Source of the DNA: an uncultured Alphaproteobacteria bacterium
GTDB taxonomy: Bacteria; Pseudomonadota; Alphaproteobacteria; Rhizobiales; Xanthobacteraceae
Assembly (NCBI GenBank): GCA_963736075.1
Contig: CAVTNW010000013.1
Coordinates: 57,913 to 121,912 of the forward strand
Reading direction: 5' to 3'
Length of the DNA stretch: 64,000 nt
Shown here: piece by piece, positions 8,902 to 18,632 of the stretch
How the letters are laid out: every line of letters starts with the position of its first letter
Numbering within the stretch: the stretch's first letter is position 1
Program-made: the position numbers and the translations under genes
Notes under the pieces: generated by a model
Told to the model about the DNA's origin: nothing
Databases searched by the model: none
Seen by the model: only the letters and a program-made list of their open reading frames with translations

Positions 8902-10077
8902 TTATCGGCGCTGCGTCTCGATCGCGCGCGCGACGACGCGCGCAAAATCGGTGGCGAAGGCCGCGACACGCTGACCGAGATCCGGCAGCAGACCGCGGAT
9001 GGCCGGCGGCTCCGCGGCCTGAGCCGCCTCCCAGAGCAGATCGGCCAAGGTCGCGGCATCGTCGAGGCCGAAATAGCGCGCGCGACCCCCGGTCTGTTCG
9101 CGATGGACGTCGATATCGGAAAGGATCATGGGAACGCCGAACGACTTGGCCTCTTCCACAGTTGTGCTCCAGCCCTCGAAGCGAGAAGGATTAATGAGCG
9201 CCACCGAGGCCCGCAGCAGGGCGTAGACATGGTCCAGCGGAATCATGCCGAGATAGCGGAAATTCGACGCGACGCCGCGGTCTTCGAGCCGGCACATCAG
9301 ATGATCGAAATAGTCTGCTTCACGGGGATCTTGCGGGCTGCCGGAGGCCGCGACGACGACATCCTGCCCGCGTTGTTTCAGGATCGTCAGCGCCTCGACC
9401 ACGACCTGATGGTTCTTGTGCCGCCAGAACTGGTTCGGCAGATAGAAGTATCGCGCCGGCAAGCTGTATTTCGCCAAGACCTCGGCCGCATCCGCGGTCA
9501 GCAGTTCGGCCGCGGGCTGAGTGGCGAAGCGGACCACAGCGACGTCGTTGCAAAATCCCGGATAGAATCGTCGATAGTCGGCGAGAGCGCTTTCGCTGCT
9601 CAGCATGATCTGCCGGCCGGACATGATCTGGGCGCGAAAACCGAGATCGCGCCGCCAGCGCGCGATCGGCGAAAACAGCTGCGGCAGTCGGCGATGCTGA
9701 AAATCCGGAAACCATGCGATGGCCGGAAAAGGCAGGCGCCAGCCGAAAAAACGCGCGTTCTCGACCACCACGTCGATGCCTTTGGCCTGAAACTCGGCTG
9801 CCGCCGGCCGGTCAAGCCCAAACGCGATGGCACCGATCAGACCCGAACGCCGGCGATCAAAGGCCTGCGAGCGCGCAACTTCGACAGCGGGAATGTGCGA
9901 GAGCTCCGCAAGTTCGGCGGGATCGTCCGTCGTCCCGGCAAATACCACCGGCGCGAATTCGCCGGGACAGTAGCGGCCCAGCGCAGCAAACAGGTTGCGC
10001 TGGTAGTTGTAACCCCCGGCCCAAAGGCTTCGCGGTACCGCGGTGAATGCGACACGCAGCGGGAGTTGGGCCGTCAA
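8902..10077 (-). CDS. glycosyltransferase, GT-B fold (family 1/GT4-like)
   Basis: 391 aa. The C-terminal region has the EGWSTTVEEAKSFGVPMILSD motif typical of the EX7E region of GT4 enzymes. The TTG start at 10077 forms a TTGA overlap with the upstream stop. Confidence 0.8.
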   Translation of the reverse strand: MTAQLPLRVAFTAVPRSLWAGGYNYQRNLFAALGRYCPGEFAPVVFAGTTDDPAELAELSHIPAVEVARSQAFDRRRSGLIGAIAFGLDRPAAAEFQAKGIDVVVENARFFGWRLPFPAIAWFPDFQHRRLPQLFSPIARWRRDLGFRAQIMSGRQIMLSSESALADYRRFYPGFCNDVAVVRFATQPAAELLTADAAEVLAKYSLPARYFYLPNQFWRHKNHQVVVEALTILKQRGQDVVVAASGSPQDPREADYFDHLMCRLEDRGVASNFRYLGMIPLDHVYALLRASVALINPSRFEGWSTTVEEAKSFGVPMILSDIDVHREQTGGRARYFGLDDAATLADLLWEAAQAAEPPAIRGLLPDLGQRVAAFATDFARVVARAIETQRR

Positions 10078-11003
10078 CGAATGTGATCCTTGAACCAGCT
10101 GACATAATCAGCAACGCCCTGCTCGATCGGAATCCGCCATTCGAACGGCAGCTGCTGCAGTGTTGTGCCGTCGGCCAAGAGGCTGAACGGGTCCCCGGCC
10201 CGGACCAAACCTGAATAACGCACGGACGTTTCGGAGCCCCAGTGCTCGATCAGCAGGCTCGCGAATTCGGCCACACGGATGCCACGGCCCGATCCGCCAT
10301 TGATGACGCGAAACTTCTCCTCCGGCGGGAACTCCCCGATTGTGGTCAATAGCCGGACAGCATCGCGCACATCGGTCCAATCGCGTATTTCCTGGCCCGT
10401 CCCGCCCAGCACCAGCGTCGACTGGCCCTGCTTTAGCCTGCAACAGATGTCCCACGGCAGTTGCTTGCGAAGCTGCGGCCCGTAAACCGAGAACAATCGC
10501 GCCACCGTGCTGCGAAGGCCGAAGCTTACCGCATAGCTGCTGCACAGTTGCTCCATCATCAGCTTGTGCTGACCATATGGCGACATCGGCCTCGGTACCG
10601 CCTGCTCGGGAATGGGACCGCAATGATCCGCACCATAGACCGCCGCACTCGAAACCGCGATGACATGGCATTCCGGGGCCGCGCCGCGAAGCCATTCCAG
10701 CAATCGCGCCGTGCTGACGACCGTACGGGAAAAATCTTCCAACGGCTGCGCGATCGATAACCCGACCGAGGATCCGCCGGCGAGATGAAAGACCTTCGAC
10801 GGCAGCCCATGCGCGGCGGCCAACGCTTTCAGATTAGCCGCATCGATCTCGCCATTGAGCCAGGTTCTCAGGCCGAGACGCGGCCAATCAAAATCCGCAA
10901 TGGCACCATGCCCGATGCCGTGAACGACATGACCGGCATCCGCCAACTCGCGGGCGAGGTGATGGCCGATGAAACCATTGGCGCCGGTGATCCAAACGGT
11001 CAT
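10074..11003 (-). CDS. NAD-dependent nucleotide-sugar epimerase/dehydratase (extended SDR)
   Basis: Starts at ATG 11003 (MTVWITGANGFIGHHL, a GxxGxxG motif) in an ATGA overlap with the upstream stop. YGQHK provides the YxxxK motif. Confidence 0.85.
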   Translation of the reverse strand: MTVWITGANGFIGHHLARELADAGHVVHGIGHGAIADFDWPRLGLRTWLNGEIDAANLKALAAAHGLPSKVFHLAGGSSVGLSIAQPLEDFSRTVVSTARLLEWLRGAAPECHVIAVSSAAVYGADHCGPIPEQAVPRPMSPYGQHKLMMEQLCSSYAVSFGLRSTVARLFSVYGPQLRKQLPWDICCRLKQGQSTLVLGGTGQEIRDWTDVRDAVRLLTTIGEFPPEEKFRVINGGSGRGIRVAEFASLLIEHWGSETSVRYSGLVRAGDPFSLLADGTTLQQLPFEWRIPIEQGVADYVSWFKDHIR

Positions 11004-11857
11004 GACGCCGCCTTGCGGCCGACGAAGGAATAAAGTCTTCCCGGCCGGTTGTCGAAGTGGCCGGCCAGCGACAGCAGCGATTGAAACACCCGGTCGGAAC
11101 AAAGCGCAAGCCGCAGCAATGGCTTCGCAGGTATTCGTTGCGATACCTTTTCGATGATGGCGTCGCGCAGACTTTCGATGGTATAGGGAAACAGATTGAT
11201 CGGGCTCTGCAACGGCGGCAAAACTTCCAGGGAAGCAAAACCCGCGGCTTTCAGCGCGCCTATATAACGATCGAGCAGAAATGCATGCTCGCCGCCGTAC
11301 AGGTGATGCAATGGATGTCGATCAAGGAACCGGGAGAGATCGGCTTCCCTGCTGATCACATGCTCACGCGCCGCAACCAGTATGCCACCTGGTGCGAGCA
11401 CGCGATGCATCTCGCAACAAGCCCGATTTAGATCGCTCATGTGATGCAGGACCGCCCGGGCAAAGACGACATCGAACGCGCCGTCGGCAAACGGCAGCCG
11501 TTCGGAAACCTCCTCGACAACGCGAATAGGCAGCGCCGCTTCGGCCGCCAGCGCACGGATCGCGCCGGCGCCGACGATCGCACTTGGATCCGGCTCGAGC
11601 GCCGTCACCTGGAAGCCCTCCTGCGCCAGCGCATAGCTCGCAATGCCGCGCCCGGCCCCGACATCGAGCGCTTGGCCGGTCCGACCGCGAAGAAATTCGC
11701 AAATGGCCTGCCATTCGTCGCTACGGCGATACCGCTCGGCCGCTGCGATCAATGGATCATCATAAAACGCGTCGAGCACAAGCTGGCTGCGTGCTGGCTG
11801 ATTGCGAAGCCAGAGCACGGCATTTTCCCAGCTTTCAAAGTGCGCGGCTTCCACCAT
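11000..11857 (-). CDS. class I SAM-dependent methyltransferase
   Basis: SAM-binding motif I LDVGAGRGIAS and downstream FDVVFARAVLHH. 285 aa. Confidence 0.8.
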   Translation of the reverse strand: MVEAAHFESWENAVLWLRNQPARSQLVLDAFYDDPLIAAAERYRRSDEWQAICEFLRGRTGQALDVGAGRGIASYALAQEGFQVTALEPDPSAIVGAGAIRALAAEAALPIRVVEEVSERLPFADGAFDVVFARAVLHHMSDLNRACCEMHRVLAPGGILVAAREHVISREADLSRFLDRHPLHHLYGGEHAFLLDRYIGALKAAGFASLEVLPPLQSPINLFPYTIESLRDAIIEKVSQRIPAKPLLRLALCSDRVFQSLLSLAGHFDNRPGRLYSFVGRKAAS

Positions 11858-11887
11858 CGATATCCTTTAAACGGGAGGGAGAGCCCG

Positions 11888-12955
11888 TTAGGCCAGTTCC
11901 TGGAATCTCGCCCATTGCCGTTCCTTGCTATAGTGATCCTTCACCATGGCACGACCCGCTTTTGCGATGGACTCTGCCCAAGAAGCGTTTTTGACGAGGC
12001 GCTCGATCAATTCGGAGATCTGAGCAATAGACGAATATGTCACCATGGTCTCGCCATCGACGAACCCTTCGGGGTAGCGTCCGGCATCCGTCAGCAGAAC
12101 CGTGCCGCAACCAGTGGCTTCGAAGCATCGCATATTGCCGCGATCGAGCCCCGCCATATCCACCGCCCCGTTAAACGCGATACGCGCGCTTGACAAGGCG
12201 CTATATGCATCCCGGCCATAGATCGGTCCAGCCCGGACGGCACGGATTTCCCATGGATGCCGGTAAGCCCCAAGCCCCGGAACAAAGGGCAAAAAGTTAG
12301 CCAGTCGGGTCAGACGCGAATCCTCCAGATGAAAACGCATATCGATGCCGGACATTGATGCCACTGCCCTCAACGCCTCGGCACGCCTGGCGTGGTGACG
12401 TGAAAACCCGCCGATAAAAATCAGGTCAAGTTCATTGCCCCGCGACTCGGCGTAAGTATCCATCATTGGATCATGTGCCGGGAAAAAATACCCGGTCCGG
12501 CAGCCCTTTTGCCGCCAATCCTCGAGAATGGACGGAAAATTGCAGACGACCAGATCGTATCTCGATAGATCGGCGTTGCCCGAAGGGGCTGCACGCCAGC
12601 AGATCGTTCTCTTCACGCAACCCGGCAGCCTGGCCAAAAACGAGCTGCCATATCGCATTGGATCAAGATTATAAAACACCTCGCTGCGATGATGCTCTAT
12701 CTGCGCAAGCAGGATTGTTTCCAGACTGTCGGATTTCAGCCCCTGTTCGTGGGCCCAAAGCCCCTGCAGGTTTTCATCATCGCCATTGGTGTAGAATGCA
12801 TCCGGACTGTCAGACAGCACCGGAAGCAGGATATGCGATGCGGCAAACCGCGTAGCGAGAAACCTGGCGCGCTCACTGGCAAAGCTCTGGTGTTCGGCAC
12901 CGTAGCCGTGGGCACGGAAACCAAGCGACAGGCCGTTGTTTTGAAATACGCGCAA
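11888..12955 (-). CDS. putative glycosyltransferase (CgeB-like / Glyco_trans_1_2-type C-terminal domain)
   Basis: 355 aa with a TTG start. The C-terminal half (NMRCFEATGCGTVLLTD...YSS...ELIERL) resembles GT1-type C-terminal domains. It is the lowest-GC gene of the cluster. Confidence 0.45.
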   Translation of the reverse strand: MRVFQNNGLSLGFRAHGYGAEHQSFASERARFLATRFAASHILLPVLSDSPDAFYTNGDDENLQGLWAHEQGLKSDSLETILLAQIEHHRSEVFYNLDPMRYGSSFLARLPGCVKRTICWRAAPSGNADLSRYDLVVCNFPSILEDWRQKGCRTGYFFPAHDPMMDTYAESRGNELDLIFIGGFSRHHARRAEALRAVASMSGIDMRFHLEDSRLTRLANFLPFVPGLGAYRHPWEIRAVRAGPIYGRDAYSALSSARIAFNGAVDMAGLDRGNMRCFEATGCGTVLLTDAGRYPEGFVDGETMVTYSSIAQISELIERLVKNASWAESIAKAGRAMVKDHYSKERQWARFQELA

Positions 12956-12962
12956 CTGCGAT

Positions 12963-13556
12963 TCAGCCTGTTAGGTTGGCATCGGACGCCGGAAGCAGCG
13001 AGCGCACGACCGCCGCCGGATTGCCCACCGCCACCGTATATGGCGGTATATCACGCGTGACCACCGAGCATGCACCGATAACGGCTCCCTCGCCGATCGT
13101 AACTCCCTTCAGGATACTTGCGTTGAATCCAACCCAGGCCTTGTTTCCGATGACAACAGGCGCATGCGCGACGTGTTTCCAGTTTTTTCGCTTCTGATGC
13201 CAGTCCTGGACATCGGTGCAGCGCTCCGCCCATTCAATACTGTGGGAGTCGTGATCCACGACCGTGATGCCCCAGGACATGATGACGTCATCGCCGATAA
13301 CAATACTTCGGTAGCAGACGAGATCGCTGCGCCCGACGAAGGTGCGGCTGCCAATTTGGATTTTGCCGCCGCTCTCCTCAAAAGAGATATTCGCATGGAT
13401 GATGGAATCGTCCCCAACCGCGAGCAGATTGCTTGAAACCTGTTTCAGGCGCCGCCACGCGATGGTCGTCCCGCGACCAATCTGGACCGCCCCCGACCGC
13501 CGGGCGCGCCATCCGAGAATGACGTCGATCAGTGACATCGGGGTCTGTCTTGACAC
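12963..13556 (-). CDS. hexapeptide-repeat acyl/acetyltransferase
   Basis: LbH repeats ([39 protein letters not shown]). GTG start at 13556, with an alternative ATG at 13538. Confidence 0.75.
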   Translation of the reverse strand: MSRQTPMSLIDVILGWRARRSGAVQIGRGTTIAWRRLKQVSSNLLAVGDDSIIHANISFEESGGKIQIGSRTFVGRSDLVCYRSIVIGDDVIMSWGITVVDHDSHSIEWAERCTDVQDWHQKRKNWKHVAHAPVVIGNKAWVGFNASILKGVTIGEGAVIGACSVVTRDIPPYTVAVGNPAAVVRSLLPASDANLTG

Positions 13557-13557
13557 G

Positions 13558-15393
13558 TCACAACCTCGCCAGCATCCATTTCATATTCAGATAGGGCCAT
13601 AGGCGCCCAACGGTTTCCCAGTCCCATCGCTTCGATGCGGTCAACCGCTCGACGGCCTTGCCCAGGCTCGCCTCGTCAACAAGTTCGGCGAAGGCCGGGA
13701 CATCGCGGTCCATCAGAACGGCCACCCAGCCGGCAAGCGGCCCATTCAGCCATTCCGGCATCGGCGAGTTAAGGCCGACCTTGCGGCGCCCCATGCGAAT
13801 CGCCTCGGGCATCCGCCCCTCCATCGCCCGCCGCGCGACCATCTTGGTATAGCCATCGGAGGACTTGCTGGTCTCCGGAAGCGCCATCGTATAGGTGACG
13901 AGGCGCCAGTCCATGAATGGCATCCGCACCTCCACGCCGTGAGCCATCGAAACCCGATCGAAGTTGCGCAGCAGGGTCGGCAGCACCGTGCCGTGAAACA
14001 TGCGATAGAGGCGCCGGTTCAGCCCGCCCCATTCGCCCGGCAGCGCATCGCCGTCACCAACCAGCTGAAATTCGGCCGGACTGGCGGACAGGCCGCCGCG
14101 GAGGAAATAATGGCCCTCACCCCTCACTGTCATGGCGCGCAGCAGGTCGACGCCTCGCTTCGCCAACGGCGAATTGGAGGCCGCTCCCGCCAGCATGTTT
14201 CGTAGGCGAAAGGCCAAGGATTGGCCTTGCTGACGATAGGCTCCCATCAACTCATCGGCGCCATGACCATCGAGCGAAACCAATACCTTGTTGCGCCTGA
14301 GATCGCGGTAGAGCTGCCACGCGGCGCTCGGCAGCGATATATAGACGTCGTCATTGTCTTGAAGGATCCGCTCAAGATCTGTCAGCGCATCGTTTGGGCC
14401 GATTTCGACGAAGGCCGGATCGACCTCCGCCCAGGCGGCGGCCTCCTCCGCCATCGGCCGCTCGTCGTTCGACGCCCCGGGGAAGGTGGCGACAAAGGCG
14501 TGGCGCCAGGCGGCGCTGTCGCGCGGACCCATCCCGGCCTTGGCGTGCGCCGCCATTTCACAGATCACGGCCGACGAATCGAAGCCCCCGGACAGGCAGG
14601 TTCCGATCGGCACGTCGCTGCGCATCCGCAAGGCGACCGCATCGCGGAACAGCTCACCGAAATGCTCGACCTGTTCGGCCTCGCTGTGAGGCACCTGCGG
14701 CAGATGGTCCAGGGTACACCACCAGCGCCGGATTTCGAGCCGGCCGCCCCGCAACCACATGCAATGGCCGCCCTGCAGCCTGCGCACCTCGCGGCACAGC
14801 GTGCGTTCGCTGCCTTCGACCCCGAAGGCATCGAGCATCAACCGGCGCGCCACATCGACATCGATCGATGGCCTGATCAATCCGCTCTGCATCAGAGCAC
14901 GCTGCTCCGAGGCAAACACCAGCCTCTGCGGCGACCACGCATAAAGCAGCGGCTTGATGCCGAACCGGTCCCGCGCCAGAAACAATTCCCCACTCTCGGT
15001 GTCGTAGATTGCCAGTGCCCACATGCCGTTGAAACGCGGCAACATTCCTTCCTGCCATATCCGCCAGGCCGCCAGAATGACCTCGGTATCGGATTGCGTC
15101 CTGAAGGTCGCACCCAGCGACTCGAGTTCACGGCGAAGTTCAAGGAAATTGTAGATTTCGCCATTGAAGACGATGACGTGACGGCCGTCGGCCGACATCA
15201 TGGGCTGGTGGCCACCCGGGCCTGGATCGATGATGGCGAGCCGGCGGTGCCCGAGGGCCACGTTCCCTTCCGGGCTGTACCAGTGTCCGGCACCGTCAGG
15301 GCCGCGATGCGCCAACAGATCCGTCAAGCGCTGGATATCAGCCGGCTCAGCGCTCGCGCCGGCAATGCTGACGATGCCTGCGATGCCGCACAT
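13558..15393 (-). CDS. asparagine synthase (glutamine-hydrolysing)-family amidotransferase (AsnB/WbpG/WbpS-like)
   Basis: Starts MCGIAGIV, with an N-terminal nucleophile Cys2. The synthetase domain has an SGGFDSS PP-loop. 611 aa, with zero gap to the flippase stop. Confidence 0.9.
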   Translation of the reverse strand: MCGIAGIVSIAGASAEPADIQRLTDLLAHRGPDGAGHWYSPEGNVALGHRRLAIIDPGPGGHQPMMSADGRHVIVFNGEIYNFLELRRELESLGATFRTQSDTEVILAAWRIWQEGMLPRFNGMWALAIYDTESGELFLARDRFGIKPLLYAWSPQRLVFASEQRALMQSGLIRPSIDVDVARRLMLDAFGVEGSERTLCREVRRLQGGHCMWLRGGRLEIRRWWCTLDHLPQVPHSEAEQVEHFGELFRDAVALRMRSDVPIGTCLSGGFDSSAVICEMAAHAKAGMGPRDSAAWRHAFVATFPGASNDERPMAEEAAAWAEVDPAFVEIGPNDALTDLERILQDNDDVYISLPSAAWQLYRDLRRNKVLVSLDGHGADELMGAYRQQGQSLAFRLRNMLAGAASNSPLAKRGVDLLRAMTVRGEGHYFLRGGLSASPAEFQLVGDGDALPGEWGGLNRRLYRMFHGTVLPTLLRNFDRVSMAHGVEVRMPFMDWRLVTYTMALPETSKSSDGYTKMVARRAMEGRMPEAIRMGRRKVGLNSPMPEWLNGPLAGWVAVLMDRDVPAFAELVDEASLGKAVERLTASKRWDWETVGRLWPYLNMKWMLARL

Positions 15394-16944
15394 CTAAAGG
15401 ACCTTCCCGGGCAGGAAGCGTGCTGCGATCACCCGCATATCCCGCCAGCAGGTCCCGCCATAAGGCCCAATGCCAGAAACAGCGACGACCACGATGAAGA
15501 TGATGCCGGCTGACAGACCATAGGAGCCGACCACCAGCCACCAATGCGGCGCCTGGTCGAACAATCGCTCGCCGACGACGTGGCGCAAGGCGATCGCGGT
15601 GACGATGCCCGTGGCAAGCGGCAGCAGGACAAAATGGGCAACCCGCGGCCACATGTCCGCCAAGACAAAGCTTTGCCGCAGCAGCAACATGCTGACAATG
15701 ATTTGCGCGATCATGCCGAGACCGGCGCTCCAGCCCGCCGCCTGCCAGCCAAAGCGAGGCAGCGCCACGGCGCTGGTGGCAAGCGTGACGGCCGCGGTGA
15801 CCAGCGCGCTCAAGGCGGAGGAGCGTGACCGGCCGTTGGCCAGCAGGTAATACACCAGGACGTTCGAGGCACATCCAAGCATTCCTGCGACCGCCAGCAC
15901 GACCAGCAGCCCCTGGGTCTCGACGGCAACCTCCCTCCCGGTCCAAACCTGAAGCAGCGGGCCGGCGACGACGACGAGGGCACCCAGCGCGCTCGCTGCC
16001 ACGACGTTCAGCACCCAGGACGAGCGAAACAGCAGGTCGGCCAGCCGATCGCTGGGTTCCTTCTGCAGCGAACTGAAAAACGGAAACAGGATTTCGCCGA
16101 TCTTCAGGATGCCGATATACATGGCTTCTTCGAGCCGCTGGGCGATGGTGTAGTAGCCGACGAATTGCGGCGCGAGAAATGCGCCCAGCAGGTAGCGGTC
16201 GGCCTGGCCCGCGATCAGGCCGCCACCCTGAGCGGCGAACTGCCAAGCCCCCAGGCGGATCAGGCCACGAAGTGGCCCGCGGTGCAGCCAGGGCGGTGAC
16301 ATCCATTCACCGACGCGATGGCGCGAAAGCGCGAATGATACCAGGAGCCCTGCCGAAAGGCCCAGCGCCTGACAGCCCAGAAAGGTCGAAGCCTGTGGCC
16401 AACGCGGTATCAGGACGAGCATCGCCGACATTGAAATGATCGCGCTCACGATGCTGATCGAAGCCAACCGCGCATAGTCCTGGCGGGCGGCAAAAAGCGC
16501 CAGGAAGACCCCGGAGGTACATTGGCACAGCCATCCAACCGCGCCGAGAACAAACGCCAGGTCCAGATCCCCCGCCAGTTCGCCATCCAGGTTGAACACA
16601 TGTCGGGCAAGCGGCGGACCGGCAAGCGAAAGCAGCATGGCGATCGGCAGACCTCCCGCAACCGCCAGCAACAAAGCCGTCGCAAAGGTGCGGCGCGCTT
16701 CCTCTTGTTCATCCGGTGCCAGCCGGCAAGCGAGCTCCCGTGTCGCCGACAATCCGAGGGAGTTGCTGAACGCCAATGCGGGAGCAATACAGGCGGTCAC
16801 CAACCCGGCAATTCCGAACACGCCGGCCCCGAGCCGGAACAGCACGAAAGGAAGAATCAATACGTTCAATCCCACGCCGGCGAGAAAGGCGCTCGCATTC
16901 CATGCGGAGTTTGCCAGCAGATGACTGCTTTTTGCTTCTGCCAT
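15394..16944 (-). CDS. polysaccharide/O-antigen flippase (Wzx-like, MOP superfamily)
   Basis: 516-aa polytopic membrane protein with roughly 12-14 hydrophobic segments. First gene of the minus-strand cluster, starting at ATG 16944. Confidence 0.75.
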   Translation of the reverse strand: MAEAKSSHLLANSAWNASAFLAGVGLNVLILPFVLFRLGAGVFGIAGLVTACIAPALAFSNSLGLSATRELACRLAPDEQEEARRTFATALLLAVAGGLPIAMLLSLAGPPLARHVFNLDGELAGDLDLAFVLGAVGWLCQCTSGVFLALFAARQDYARLASISIVSAIISMSAMLVLIPRWPQASTFLGCQALGLSAGLLVSFALSRHRVGEWMSPPWLHRGPLRGLIRLGAWQFAAQGGGLIAGQADRYLLGAFLAPQFVGYYTIAQRLEEAMYIGILKIGEILFPFFSSLQKEPSDRLADLLFRSSWVLNVVAASALGALVVVAGPLLQVWTGREVAVETQGLLVVLAVAGMLGCASNVLVYYLLANGRSRSSALSALVTAAVTLATSAVALPRFGWQAAGWSAGLGMIAQIIVSMLLLRQSFVLADMWPRVAHFVLLPLATGIVTAIALRHVVGERLFDQAPHWWLVVGSYGLSAGIIFIVVVAVSGIGPYGGTCWRDMRVIAARFLPGKVL

Positions 16945-17188
16945 TCAACCAACAGATTGCATCACGGCCTGCCCCGACAAGGCTGCGAACGATAGCCCCC
17001 GTGCTCCGCCCGGCAGCATCCCGCCGGAAAGCTTGCGGCCACCGTGGCCTCAGGCAAACGCGGGCTGGATCCGATCATGAGTCCTTCCTACAACACCACG
17101 CGTTCGCACCTGCTGGACATGGGTCGTGGTGGCCAATACCCGTCACAGCCTTATTGCGCCGTGGCAGATCAGACAAGGGCCTCGATCC

Positions 17189-18632
17189 ATGCAATGGAAT
17201 CGCTTGCATTTGAGGGCTAATTTGACGAACTCAGGGCCCTTATTAACCATCAAGGACAGGCTGACCCACTTGCTCGCGCGCGCCGCCTCTTGCGACATTA
17301 CCCCGCGGGACCGTCCGGTCCGGCTGGCGGGCTATGCTTCGCGCCAAACCCCGGCTTCGATCGTGCTCGACCCGATCGAGATTTCGGTCGTTTGGCTGGA
17401 GTGCGCCGCGCAGCGATGCCTGATCTTCAGTTTCGATCTCATGATCGTGGGGAGCGAGCTTCAGACCATGATCATGACCAGGCTGCAACCGCTTGGGTTC
17501 GCAGCCGGAGAGATCGTTCTTCTGGCCTCGCATACCCACTACGCGCCAGCCACCGATCGGGCCTGCGCGCGTCTTGGGATCCCGGACGTTCAATTCGTTG
17601 ACCAGCTGGCCGCTGCCGCGGAAGATCTGGTGCGGCAAATGCTTGGGGCGCACCCCTTGGACATCAGTTGGGAAGTCTTTCAGGGCCATCTTGAAGCATT
17701 CCATCAACCGGCGCCGCAACTGGCCCTTTCCCACCATTGGACGCACCTATGGGTGGAGGCTCAGAAGCGTCAGCATGGCACCGAACCCTTCGGGCCCCCG
17801 GGACGAACTGGCAACCGTCGTGCTGTTACGTAAATTAGACGACGGGCAGGTACTCGCTGCGCTCTGGCATTACACCTGCCATCCGACCGCCGTTGTTCCG
17901 GAAAACGTCATCAGTGCCGATTACCCCGGCGCCGTGCGAGCTGCGATGCGCCAGCGATTTGGTGAAATTCCCTGCGTGTTCGTGCAGGGATTTTGCGGCG
18001 ATATCCGGCCCAACATCCGCGTTTCGCAGCCCATCGGTTGGCGCGAGCGTATGCGGAGAGCCTTTCGAACGATCGTCTCAGGTCCTTCCTTTGCAAGACC
18101 CTCGCCCGAGGACTGGATGCGCTGGAGCAAAGGTCTGGCGAGGGCGGTGTGCGACATCGCGCAGGGCAGCCCCCGCAGCGTGTTTTCGCCCAAAAGCCTT
18201 CGAACCGGCTCGGCCGCAACTGCTCTCAGCAGCTTCTTTGCCGGCGACACGCCAGACAAACCGCTGGCGGCAGTGGTCATTGCCATTGGCGAGGAGTTGG
18301 AAATCGTGGCGTTGTCAGCCGAAGCCTGCGTGGGATGGCAGGGTATCCTCGATCAAGCCGTCCCGGTCCGACCTGGAACGATCCGGCTTTATGCGGGCTA
18401 TCTGGGGGCGCTGTTCGGCTACCTGCCCACCGCCGCGCAGGTTCCGGAAGGCGGTTACGAAGTAGAGGGGTTTCAACCGTTGTTTGGCCTGTCGGGCCGC
18501 TTCCTCGGTGATCAGATTGGTCCCGCGATCGGGAAATGCGTCAGGAGCGCATTTGAGAATCCGCGGCAGGCCAGCGCGCACGATCGAACGGATTCCGTCG
18601 CCCGAGCCATGATGAGACAGCAGGATACCTGA
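17189..18632 (+). pseudogene. neutral-ceramidase-like amidohydrolase, apparent +1 frameshift near 17640-17700
   Basis: The N-terminal part is in frame 2 (…DITPRD…LASHTHYAP…). The remainder is in frame 0 (…HSINRR…HYTCHPT…DYPG…GFCGDIRPN…). The motifs resemble the neutral/alkaline ceramidase N-terminal domain. The true start is uncertain, because the first ~25 codons after ATG 17189 are AT-rich. Confidence 0.5.

Noticed and set aside
15347-16306. 319-aa Arg-rich ORF overlapping the flippase gene on the same strand
   Set aside because: It is an alternative frame of a clear polytopic membrane protein gene. Its composition (runs of R, G, P, A) is typical of off-frame translation in GC-rich DNA.
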